DNA of 64,000 nt, taken from Andalucia godoyi And28. Its lineage: Eukaryota; Protista; Jakobida. The stretch is taken from NCBI GenBank assembly GCA_009859145.1, contig VRVR01000012.1, positions 124,001-188,000 of the forward strand, in the 5' to 3' direction. The notes below the pieces were generated by a model. It saw nothing but the letters and a program-made list of their open reading frames with translations, was not told where the DNA came from and did not search any database. Shown one piece after another: positions 1-9,264 of this stretch. The translations under genes were made by a program, and so were the position numbers. Each line of letters begins with the position of its first letter. Within the stretch, counting starts at the first letter, position 1.

Positions 1-1
1 C

Positions 2-2947
2 GATATTCTGTCGATCATCACGTCTGCGTCGGCCGATTCCGGGGCGTCGGGTGGCAACGGCACCTCTCCGTCAACTTCGTTTTTGACGGACCCGGCTGCC
101 GCTCGCGCTTTTCTTTCCTCATTTGGTCTCAATTTTTCAGCACCCATCACTTTGAATATATCTGCGTTTCAAAGTCTTATTAACCAACAACTGGGTCAGC
201 TGGGAGGAAACGGCACCAGCATTCTGTCGCTTCTCAATATTTCTCTGACGTTTGGCGTCTCTACAGTGACGTTATCCGGTGAACAAGTGTTCGATCTGCT
301 GTTTCCTGTTTTCCAACAGATCATCGCGAACGGCCTCACGCTGGAGCTTGTGGTTGTGGATTCTGTGAGCTCTCCAGTCGGAAAGTGGCCAGCTGCAATT
401 GGAAACGTGGTTTTCTTGGACTCGACGTTCATTACCCGGCAGCTTGGAGAGACGATCCGGGATACGTTGGAACGAAATCTTGCAACGCAACTCTTGCTGA
501 CACCGGCTCAGATTTCCTCTGTCCAAAGCACGGTGACGTCTTTTCCCATCAATGAATATGCCTTTACGTCTGTTGTGATGTACCGGGATCGGATCGCGGC
601 ATACGTGAAAGACGAAAAGCCTCGAGATAGCGACTTGATCGGATTTTCCAATGAGGCTTCTTTTGCACTTGGGCCATTGTTCACTGCGCAGTACACGTTT
701 CCGATTGCAGCGGCCCTCAAGGCAACAACTTTCATTCGGATGTTTCTTGATCAACTCTTCTATCTCGTCGTCGTCTTGATGATATTCCTGGGATCCCTGC
801 TCATCTACGCCCTTCTGCTCGCAAACGTGGAAGAAAAGACGTACGAGTATGCAATGCTTCGTGCACTTGGGCTGTCGAAGAGGTCCTTGTTGATGATCAT
901 GATGGGACATGCGTTCGCTTTTGCGATTCCGGGTGTTTCCCTAGGCTTGCTGTTCGCATTCCTTGCAAACATCCCCGTTGCGCTGTATCTTGCCGATTTT
1001 GCTGCGACAGATCCTGATTTTTCTCTGTCCTGGCAAGCCATTTGTCTGGGTCTGGCGGTCGGCATCCTTATTCCCATCTTTGCAAACATAATCCCAATCC
1101 GAAGGGCATTTTCCCATTCTCTCAGAGATGCCCTTGATGTAACTCACCAGCAATTCTCGGAAACATCAGTCACGATGCAGAAGCTCGAGGAGTTGGGCAT
1201 AGAACCTTGGCAGACGGCACTGGGGATTGTCCTGGTCATTTTTGGCATCATTGTTTACTATCTCATTCCATATTCGTTTACTTTCCAAGACTGGCCGCTG
1301 TTTTTCACGATCCTCAATGCGATATTACTTGGTATGCTTCTGGGTCTGTGCCTCCTTGTTCAGCCATTCGAAGTGTACTTGGAACGCGCATTTTTGTGGA
1401 TCTTCCTTATCGCGACCTTCTGCAATCCCGACAAGAAAATGCACACGCTGGTCAAGAAATCAATGGCTGGCCATCGGCCTCGAAGCGGGAAAACGGCGCT
1501 GATGTTCACAGTTGCTCTCGCATTCATCATTTTTGCGGGAGTTATTTTTTCTTTGCAAGCCAAATCCATTCCGATGTCCACGGAAGCTGCCTTGGGATCG
1601 GATGTCGTTGTGCAGGCTCGCACCAGAACGGTTCCGCTGGATAGAAATCGCCTCAAGTCCTTGTTTGACAGTCCATCGACGTCCAGCGCAGTGCGAAAGT
1701 ATTCGTTTGTCACCTTTGAACTGTCGTTGATTGAAAATCTGCGCGTCGCGCGTTTGTCCAATCTCGTCGGATTTCCAACCAGTCGAACATTCGTGTACGG
1801 TGTAGAGAAGGACTATCTCGAGTCTGCGTACGCGAGATATTTCCTCGTGTCGCAACTGCAGTCGTCCTTCTCGTATCCTGATGTTGACGGCGTGCCAGAT
1901 GTGCCGCGTGTCATGATCGAAACTGCTGGACAGGCACGGTTCGACGGCGAGAATGTGTATGGAGATACGTACTACCCTCCGGTTGTCATCAACAGTTTCG
2001 ATCCATCCATGTACCCAAATATCACTTTTGACAATCCTTTCAAGACCGCGTATCTCGAATATGTGGATAACATAATTTCTGAAGCGACGAGGGATTTCCA
2101 ATCTATTGACGTGAACACGCCGCTGCGCTTGTATGTGTCTGGAAAGGCTGGCCAGGACTCTTCGGCCGAGACAACGGGCTCCGAAGTCTTCATGGCGAAG
2201 GCGAGGGCTATGGTGTACAAATCACCAGGTATCCTGGGATTCTCATCCTATGCCATTTCTGTCTTTTTGGCTCCAGAACTGGTTTCGACGGATTCCTTCC
2301 TTCGGATGGAGCAGCGCGTGATTTCCCTCGTCCGCAACCTTGATTCGGTCCGCAGAGAGGGCAACATCCCGGACATTCCCACCGCACCGACGTATCAAAG
2401 GGCTTTTGTTCGATTGCATGGCGGGCTGTCCAAGACGGATCGTCAGGATTTGGTGAACGCCATTCGAAATTATGTGGATACTGATCGAACGGATGTGATT
2501 GATGTGATTGATCAAGTCGAGCAAACAAAAATGGCAACAGATGCCATCATTATTTTCTTCAATGTGGTCGCAGTAATTGCATCCGTCTTGCTATTTTTCA
2601 TTCTTTGGCTTTCATTTATCGCGAATGTGCGCGAGAACAGTTGGGAGTTTGGTGTGCTGCGCTCTCTTGGGCTGGCAGTATACGCTCTCATCAGAGCTTA
2701 CATCTACGAAGCTCTTGTCCTCATCCTGTCATCCGTCGTGCTGGGGTCGTTCATTGGCATTCTGATTGCGATTACCCTGTCCCTGCAGTTCAATCTGTTT
2801 TTGGAGCTGCCGTTTGTGTTCGACTTCCCGTTCGCTCTGTTCTTCTCGATTTTTGGACTTTCCATCGTGATCGCCCTCGTAGGATCCTACTTGCCTTCTC
2901 GAAAGTTGAAGGCGCAACAGATTGCATATGTTATACGAGGCCTCTAA
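2..2947 (+). CDS. FtsX/MacB-like permease-domain membrane protein with two permease modules (5' partial)
   Basis: The frame is open from base 2 to TAA at 2947. It has two FtsX-type signatures, NVEEKTYEYAMLRALG and NVRENSWEFGVLRSLG, each followed by 3 TM helices and separated by a large soluble loop. Confidence 0.8.
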   Translation, partial: DILSIITSASADSGASGGNGTSPSTSFLTDPAAARAFLSSFGLNFSAPITLNISAFQSLINQQLGQLGGNGTSILSLLNISLTFGVSTVTLSGEQVFDLLFPVFQQIIANGLTLELVVVDSVSSPVGKWPAAIGNVVFLDSTFITRQLGETIRDTLERNLATQLLLTPAQISSVQSTVTSFPINEYAFTSVVMYRDRIAAYVKDEKPRDSDLIGFSNEASFALGPLFTAQYTFPIAAALKATTFIRMFLDQLFYLVVVLMIFLGSLLIYALLLANVEEKTYEYAMLRALGLSKRSLLMIMMGHAFAFAIPGVSLGLLFAFLANIPVALYLADFAATDPDFSLSWQAICLGLAVGILIPIFANIIPIRRAFSHSLRDALDVTHQQFSETSVTMQKLEELGIEPWQTALGIVLVIFGIIVYYLIPYSFTFQDWPLFFTILNAILLGMLLGLCLLVQPFEVYLERAFLWIFLIATFCNPDKKMHTLVKKSMAGHRPRSGKTALMFTVALAFIIFAGVIFSLQAKSIPMSTEAALGSDVVVQARTRTVPLDRNRLKSLFDSPSTSSAVRKYSFVTFELSLIENLRVARLSNLVGFPTSRTFVYGVEKDYLESAYARYFLVSQLQSSFSYPDVDGVPDVPRVMIETAGQARFDGENVYGDTYYPPVVINSFDPSMYPNITFDNPFKTAYLEYVDNIISEATRDFQSIDVNTPLRLYVSGKAGQDSSAETTGSEVFMAKARAMVYKSPGILGFSSYAISVFLAPELVSTDSFLRMEQRVISLVRNLDSVRREGNIPDIPTAPTYQRAFVRLHGGLSKTDRQDLVNAIRNYVDTDRTDVIDVIDQVEQTKMATDAIIIFFNVVAVIASVLLFFILWLSFIANVRENSWEFGVLRSLGLAVYALIRAYIYEALVLILSSVVLGSFIGILIAITLSLQFNLFLELPFVFDFPFALFFSIFGLSIVIALVGSYLPSRKLKAQQIAYVIRGL

Positions 2948-3094
2948 CTTCTTGTTTTGCTGTTAAATGTAAAGAATACCCGCATGCTGTCTTGTCCCTG
3001 CGATTTTCTGTTGCCTGTAAAATTTGTATGTACGACCATCATTTACGAAACCAAGTGGGGCGCACCCATTTAAATAATCCGCAATCATCATCTC

Positions 3095-3310
3095 AATGAT
3101 GTTTCATGAGTGCTCGACGCGAGATTTCAAGCTCGCTTGCACTAGGAATACCCGGTGGATTTTCCGACACAAGAACTGCCGCCGGCTGAGCCAACACTGA
3201 CGAGTGTTCTTCGGGGGGCGTTTGGCATCGCGGCCCACGCACCGGCGGTTGAGATGAACAGTTCGTTGGGAGGGTGGGGCTCGGTGTCTTGTGATAAGCA
3301 CGACTGATAA
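3095..3310. other. GC-rich structured intergenic island (candidate ncRNA or transposon interior)
   Basis: Nested complementary segments lie within an otherwise AT-rich spacer between convergent genes, with no credible ORF. Confidence 0.3.
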
Positions 3311-3597
3311 TAAAGAAATCAAACCTAAGAATTTTATTAATAACAAGTAAACTACACAAACAAAAGAAAACCGTTGCTTAAGTAGCAAGGACACAGCAGG
3401 CAAAGGAAAAATGGAAAAAAACAGAAGAAGTCTCGGAGTCTCTGAATTCAATTGTGTGGAAGCGCCCTTACAAAATGACAGGGGCGACAAAAGATGGCGG
3501 TGAAAGGCGGCAGTGCAGAGAACGAAGCATTCGGTGCGAAAAGCGGGGCTGTTGCATTTGCTGGATGCGAACTGCGGACTGCGAACTGCGTTCGACG

Positions 3598-4572
3598 CTA
3601 CTTGCAGACGGTCTCAATCCAGTTATTGAGCATGTGAAGATTGATGCCCGACCCACCACAGACAATGACCACGACATTTGGGAACTGCGAAAGCTTAAGT
3701 TCTTCAGCTCTATGGTACATGAGTGCCAACGTCGAACCGCAGGATGGTTCCACAAGCAAGCGATGGCTGTCGAGAAACTGGCGACACGCATCCACTGCAT
3801 TGGCATCCGACACGATGAAGGCCTGATCCTGTGGTCTTCTCATCATGTCGTAATATGCCTTTGGCGCAATTCGACGGGCGCCAAGCGTCGTTGCAATCGT
3901 GTTGATGGACGGAATCGTCACGTGTTCCTTGCATTTCCAGCACTCGTAAAACGACGCCGCGCCTTCTGTCTCCGCAACGAAGATCGGAACATCTCCCCAT
4001 CTGTGCCGTTCCAATCCGTCCACTACTCCACAGTAGAGCCCTCCTCCTCCGACACACAACAAAATCGCCCCTGGTTTGTCGAAATCCGACTGTGCAGTCC
4101 GCCAGTCCTGCACGAGTTCGTCAACAATGGATGAATTTCCAGTCCAAATGAGAGGATGGTCAAACGGGGGACAGTACGCAGCGGTCGCACCATTCTCGGC
4201 AACCAACTTCCTCGCCAGTTCGTCCGCCTCGTTCCAATTTTCTCCGTGAACGGTGACAATCGCCCCTAGCCGACGAAGTTTGTCAATGGAAATCGGCAGA
4301 GTGGTCTTTGGAACCACCACAATCGTCTTCATATGCAACTGTTTCCCTGCATATGCTGCGGCAATGCCCGCATTCCCTCCAGAAGAAGAAACCAGCATGT
4401 CTGCGCCGCTTGCCTTGGCTTCTGCACATAAGCGCCCAAGCCCGCGGATTTTGAACGATCCGGTAGGCTGCAGGGCGTCCAATTTGAGAAATACTCGGCA
4501 TCCTGTGGACTCGGACAGCGTGGAGGACTCTACGAGCGGAGTGTGCAGATGCATGTCTTTAGATTCTGCCAT
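3598..4572 (-). CDS. SDS: PLP-dependent L-serine/threonine dehydratase (SDS/SDSL type)
   Basis: Motifs LHTPLVES, FLKLDALQPTGSFKIRG (PLP lysine), SSGGNAG, CVGGGGL and VEPSCG. Confidence 0.9.
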   Translation of the reverse strand: MAESKDMHLHTPLVESSTLSESTGCRVFLKLDALQPTGSFKIRGLGRLCAEAKASGADMLVSSSGGNAGIAAAYAGKQLHMKTIVVVPKTTLPISIDKLRRLGAIVTVHGENWNEADELARKLVAENGATAAYCPPFDHPLIWTGNSSIVDELVQDWRTAQSDFDKPGAILLCVGGGGLYCGVVDGLERHRWGDVPIFVAETEGAASFYECWKCKEHVTIPSINTIATTLGARRIAPKAYYDMMRRPQDQAFIVSDANAVDACRQFLDSHRLLVEPSCGSTLALMYHRAEELKLSQFPNVVVIVCGGSGINLHMLNNWIETVCK

Positions 4573-4963
4573 CGAACGCTTCTTTTTTCTTTTTTGTTTC
4601 TCCCCGTGGCCTCGTGCCCCTCGTCGGTCCTTACTCTCTCGAAAGGCCCCGATTGTCGGAAGCGGTCAGCTGCAAACCCAGCGGCGCAGACTGGGAAGAA
4701 AGAGCATCCAGCTGTTGTTGCTGTTGTTGTTTTGTTTTTACAGCGGACAGACAAGAGTTTCGTCAGAGTTCGGACTGGTTTGGACAGACACGCTGTACGC
4801 CTGCACGCCTGCACCGCAACGACAATTGCGTGAAAAGTCGTTTTGCCGGACACCAGTCTCGTCCACGTTCCGAGAGAAGGGCACCTGTGGAAGAAGGGGG
4901 GGGAAACCCCCCAATGAGCCCCCTTCCATTTCAGCTTACAATTTGCAGCGGGCATTCTTTCTT

Positions 4964-5627
4964 TTATTGGTGTTGATGGTGAAGTTGCTGAGCAGCAGAC
5001 TCTGCATTTTCAGTGATCATCGCAGCCTCTTCTTGCAAATCCAGGAGTTCCTTCTCTGCAGAAGCATCATTACGTGGGGATGTCTGTGGAGATTCTTTGG
5101 GCGACGTCTGAGGAGAAAGCCCGCGCTTCGGCAGTTTTGCAATAACATTTGCTTGGTTCTTATTTTGCGCTTTGACCCTATTTTCCCACCAAATCAATAC
5201 AATTACAACACAATGCAGCATGTCATAACATGAAGCGTGCGTGAGAAGGAGCCATCATTAGACAAAACACGTTTGCATATTGACAAATAATTAAAATAAA
5301 AAACACGACAGAGAAGCACACAAAGATGCAAACGCACCAAAACAACAACAAGGAAGAGGAGTTGGCGAGCAAGAAAGAATGGAAAAGAAGGGGAAGAAGG
5401 AAGAAACGGTCAACGACATACATGTTCCAGTCTCCAGAGTCAAAGTACTTGCGGTCTCTCCGCATCAAATGCTTCGCGACGGCATTTCCAGCAGGCAGCT
5501 TCCCATGTTTACGTTGGAACTCTTCTTCTTGTGCGGTGGCAGCAGTTCTTGCACCTCCACTCCCACCACTGGTAGCCGCAGCCGCAGGAACCGGATGAGT
5601 CGATGACGACGATGATGGATCTGACAT
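4964..5627 (-). CDS. ENSA: Endosulfine/ARPP19/Igo family PP2A-B55 inhibitor; 2 exons (5627-5422, 5177-4964)
   Basis: The RKYFDSGDWNM Greatwall-site motif is present. A GTATGT...TAG intron (5421-5178, 244 nt) joins AT|G in frame to VKAQNKNQ. Confidence 0.85.
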
Positions 5628-6313
5628 TATTGAGATAGATAATAGAATGAAGAAATCGAGAAAACTTTGGGAATCGCAGCGACGACAACGATAGTGACAA
5701 ACTAAGAGGACGACGCTCTTTATAGGAAATGAGGACTGATAATTATGTCAAGCAACAACAACAACAAATAACAATAACAGCAATAACAAGGAGTCTCACA
5801 GAATTGATAAATACAACATCAACAACAACAATTTAAATAAAAAAATTTTAAAATGTGAAACAAAGGAAGGACGAGGAAGCCAAGGCAAAGAAGAGAGAGA
5901 GAGAATTGAGGCTTTCGGACTGTGGGTTTGTTCTTGGACTGGTGGAAATTCGAATGAAATACAGAATGAATGACGCATGGGGATTGTTGGGTTGCACTAC
6001 GACAGGAATTCAGAAACGCAAAAGGGGGGGAAAGGGGGACAGTAGTTGCATTTTTTCCTTGCTTTTTTATTTTTCGAACAAAAGTGACGGCCAGTAGGAA
6101 GCCATGAAAATACAAGGCCCGCTGAACCAAATCATGTACAACTAATTAACAGAATGAAAGAAGCAAGAAGATTAAAGTAAAAAAAATTAATAAAAAGAAG
6201 AAGAAGAAAAAAAAAAAAAAAGAAGAAAGAAGAAGCAGAACTCTGAAAACCACGCTCAGCCCAAAGGCAGTATAACGCAGCCACAGAAACAAAAAACAGC
6301 ACCCTCCTCATTG

Positions 6314-8557
6314 TCATGCCAAATCGTTTTCAAGGAACGCATACTCAAAGGTGAACTCGCTCTTAATACGCTGGCACCACCCACTTTCATAGTCAAAATA
6401 GACGTATGTGCCTTGCTCAAACTCGTCTGTAATATGCTTCGGCTCGTTGTGTCTCTGGAACCAGGTGAGATACTTCTTGTGGAACCGCCAAGACTGCCGC
6501 TTGAGCTCCTTTGCTGCCAGATATTGAGCGTATGTTCCCTGTTGGTAGTAGAAGATGAAGAACAGCGTGTCCACATCAAACTTTTCAAACAACGCAGGGT
6601 CATTCAACTCGTTAAGCGGCTGTTGCGGGAACGAATCCGGAACAACGTATGGATACATTGGCTGATAATCCGAGTCTGCTGTCGGTCCAGTGACGGGGCT
6701 CTTCTTTTCCTCGCCGCCCGAAGAAGCAGGCATGACTTCTCGGCCTGGCAAATGTCGGATGGAGGCTTCAAGCATGGAGAGAACTTCATCAAGTGGATAC
6801 GCAGATCCCATTGCACTCGTGTAGGAAGGAGCATTCGCAGACGGTGCAGACATGCCCATGGGATGAGGGGCTGGTGAAGCGGTCGAGGAAGGGGGAGCCA
6901 TTGGCGGAAGTCCGCCGGACGACGAAACCACCGAGGGAGACGCAAGGCCCCCACCAACTCCGGCTGCTGCTGCAACAACCGCTGCGGCAGTCGGTCCAGA
7001 ACTTGCAGAAGCAGTAGCTAGCTGCGGTACTTCCGCAAGCTGCGGCATGCCTGCTTGAGATCCAGCGAGACCCTGACCCTGCTGCAGAGTCGGAGAGTTA
7101 ATGGCTGCGCCGATCGCAGCCGCCATCGTGGTTGGTGCTGACGATGTGCTTGTCGCAGCGGATGGCATCGTAAGCTGTGACGGAGGTTGCATCACTCCTG
7201 CTGCATTCCCTGCATTCGTGGAACTCGCACTGGTCTTCGGCGACGTCTTTTCTTTTTCTTTTTGAGCAGTCTTCTTGACGACCTCGTGGAATGGCTTTGC
7301 ACTGGCAACGGAACCTTGGACAGATGCCGGGCCATTCAGTGGCGAGGGAGAAGGAGCCGGAGCAAGTGCAGGCGATGGAGCAAGCGATGGCGAAACAAGA
7401 GAGGCGCCGCTCAAGGGCCCCGAACTTGGCGCCGCACCAGCACCAGGACCCGGCTGGGACGCTACCACGGCTGCCATCGGCTTCTTTGCAGTCGCAGACT
7501 GAGTTTGCTGCATCTGAGCAGAAGAGGACTGCGCTTGCGATGCTGACTGAGATGAAGCAGGCATCGACGGTTGTGAAGGTGCAGCAGCACTCGTCGTTTT
7601 CGTCAGCTTCTGAGCACCCAATGCGGTTTCCTGGGGCTTTCTTGAATCCTCAGCAGATTTTGTCTTTGCAACAGCCGCGGGAACGGTATTGCTGCTACTG
7701 CTAAGCGCAGTGCTGGACACTGCAGGAGTTGAAGTGGCGCCACTTCCATTCATGCTGCTTGTGCTGTTTGTGGCGGTCAGCGGTACGGAAGCTGAAGAAG
7801 ACAGCTCGTCATCAGAATTGTCCGAATCACTATCTCGGCCAGCAGCGTCTGCTGCAGCAGCATGCCGGCTCAAAATCTCGTCATAAACCTCATCATCCGG
7901 TACAAAATCTGGATCTTGATTCGACTCAATATAATACTCGACAGTCTCCTTGATGTTCGTAATTTCTTCGACATCGATCTCGTCGTTAGAAAATAATCGC
8001 AGAATTGTCTCCAGGTTGTCAACATGCATTCGGTGCGACTCCAGTAGACGCTCCAGTCTCTCCAATTGCTCTTGATCCTGCTTAGACTTCTTCTTGCTGA
8101 AGTTGTTTCCAAGCTGCTCAACGTCCGCCTCGACAGTCTCGCATTGCACCTCGAGTCTTTCGATCGCATCTGCCAACCAATTCTCCGTTTCCACTTTCAA
8201 CTGCGTCTGTGGATCGAGCCTTGACTGCGCTTGTAGGCCTTCCTTTGAGTATGCCTTGGTCTTTGCTTCTCGTTCACACACCTTGAAAGACTCCATTTTG
8301 GTCTCAATGAGCCTTCGAGCCTCCAGCAACTGCGACTTGTCCTTGATTTCCGATGACGAAAGCCATCGTTTGATATCATCTCGCAATCTCTGCAATTTCT
8401 TGATCTCTCGTTTCAGTTCCGCCTCGAACTTCTCCTTGTGCGCCGGAGTAGATGCAGAATAAAACTTGTCCCATATATCATCAAAAGCCTCTACACCTTC
8501 CGAAACCTTTTTGAGATTCTTCTCAATGGCTTCCGAAAGTTTTCGATTTGACGCCAT
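6314..8557 (-). CDS. CNOT3: CCR4-NOT complex subunit NOT3/NOT5
   Basis: N-terminal Not3 domain (KKVSEGVEAFD, KLQRLRDDIKRW), a low-complexity linker and a C-terminal NOT box (TLFFIFYYQQGTYAQYLAAKELKRQSWRFH). Confidence 0.95.
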   Translation of the reverse strand: MASNRKLSEAIEKNLKKVSEGVEAFDDIWDKFYSASTPAHKEKFEAELKREIKKLQRLRDDIKRWLSSSEIKDKSQLLEARRLIETKMESFKVCEREAKTKAYSKEGLQAQSRLDPQTQLKVETENWLADAIERLEVQCETVEADVEQLGNNFSKKKSKQDQEQLERLERLLESHRMHVDNLETILRLFSNDEIDVEEITNIKETVEYYIESNQDPDFVPDDEVYDEILSRHAAAADAAGRDSDSDNSDDELSSSASVPLTATNSTSSMNGSGATSTPAVSSTALSSSSNTVPAAVAKTKSAEDSRKPQETALGAQKLTKTTSAAAPSQPSMPASSQSASQAQSSSAQMQQTQSATAKKPMAAVVASQPGPGAGAAPSSGPLSGASLVSPSLAPSPALAPAPSPSPLNGPASVQGSVASAKPFHEVVKKTAQKEKEKTSPKTSASSTNAGNAAGVMQPPSQLTMPSAATSTSSAPTTMAAAIGAAINSPTLQQGQGLAGSQAGMPQLAEVPQLATASASSGPTAAAVVAAAAGVGGGLASPSVVSSSGGLPPMAPPSSTASPAPHPMGMSAPSANAPSYTSAMGSAYPLDEVLSMLEASIRHLPGREVMPASSGGEEKKSPVTGPTADSDYQPMYPYVVPDSFPQQPLNELNDPALFEKFDVDTLFFIFYYQQGTYAQYLAAKELKRQSWRFHKKYLTWFQRHNEPKHITDEFEQGTYVYFDYESGWCQRIKSEFTFEYAFLENDLA

Positions 8558-9264
8558 TGCATAAATCCAAATTCCCTACCAACACAAAAACACCTATTTT
8601 GAAGACTGCACGCGACGCGACGAGAGAGAAATGGGGCTGATGGGGGCGCGGGTATGGAAATACTCACGATACTGGAGAAACGACTTTCCAAACAAAAACA
8701 AAAAAACCTTGCCGTGCGAAAAAAGGTCAAGGAAAAGAGAATGGAAAAACTAAAATGAAAAACAAAATGGAAGCTAATTTGGACTCGTAAAATGGGGAAA
8801 AAAGACAAGTTAGGACGCCGCCCTTTTCCCCCCATTGTCAGGCTGACATGATGACAATTTTTTTTCCCTTGCCATTGTGGGAGAGAGACGGCAAAGACAA
8901 GGCGAGCCTTCTACGACCGCTGCTGTTTCAAGTTGCTGGAGGCTGTCTTTCTTGTTTCTGTCGTCTGTGAACCATTTTGAGGCTTCGAAATGATCGGATT
9001 GAGGGAAGGGGGGAAAAACTCAAAACTTCCGACGAGCGCCGCAGACAAAGACGAAGGGGAAAAAGAAAAGCCTGACTCGTCGGTTTTTTGCGGTTCTCTC
9101 AAACGAGAAGGACAGCGAAGAAAACAAAACAAACAAAAGAAGAAGAAGAAAACAGAGGTAATTAAGGAAGAACGCCCATCCAGGAAACGTGCGGATCGTC
9201 TAAACTCCCCCCTCCCTCATTCTTCCCCAACTGTGAATCTGCTTCTTCTGCTTCTGTTTCGCAT

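Noticed and set aside
3190-3225. CTGACGA resembling a hammerhead ribozyme core
   Set aside because: No GAAA follows a stem II (the sequence reads GTTT), and the CTGACGA sits in a simple hairpin loop.
3095-3310. Assignment as U3, RNase P/MRP or SRP RNA
   Set aside because: Only partial motif resemblances. No consistent P4 pseudoknot, U3 box A/A' or SRP helix-8 signature could be built, so it is left unassigned.
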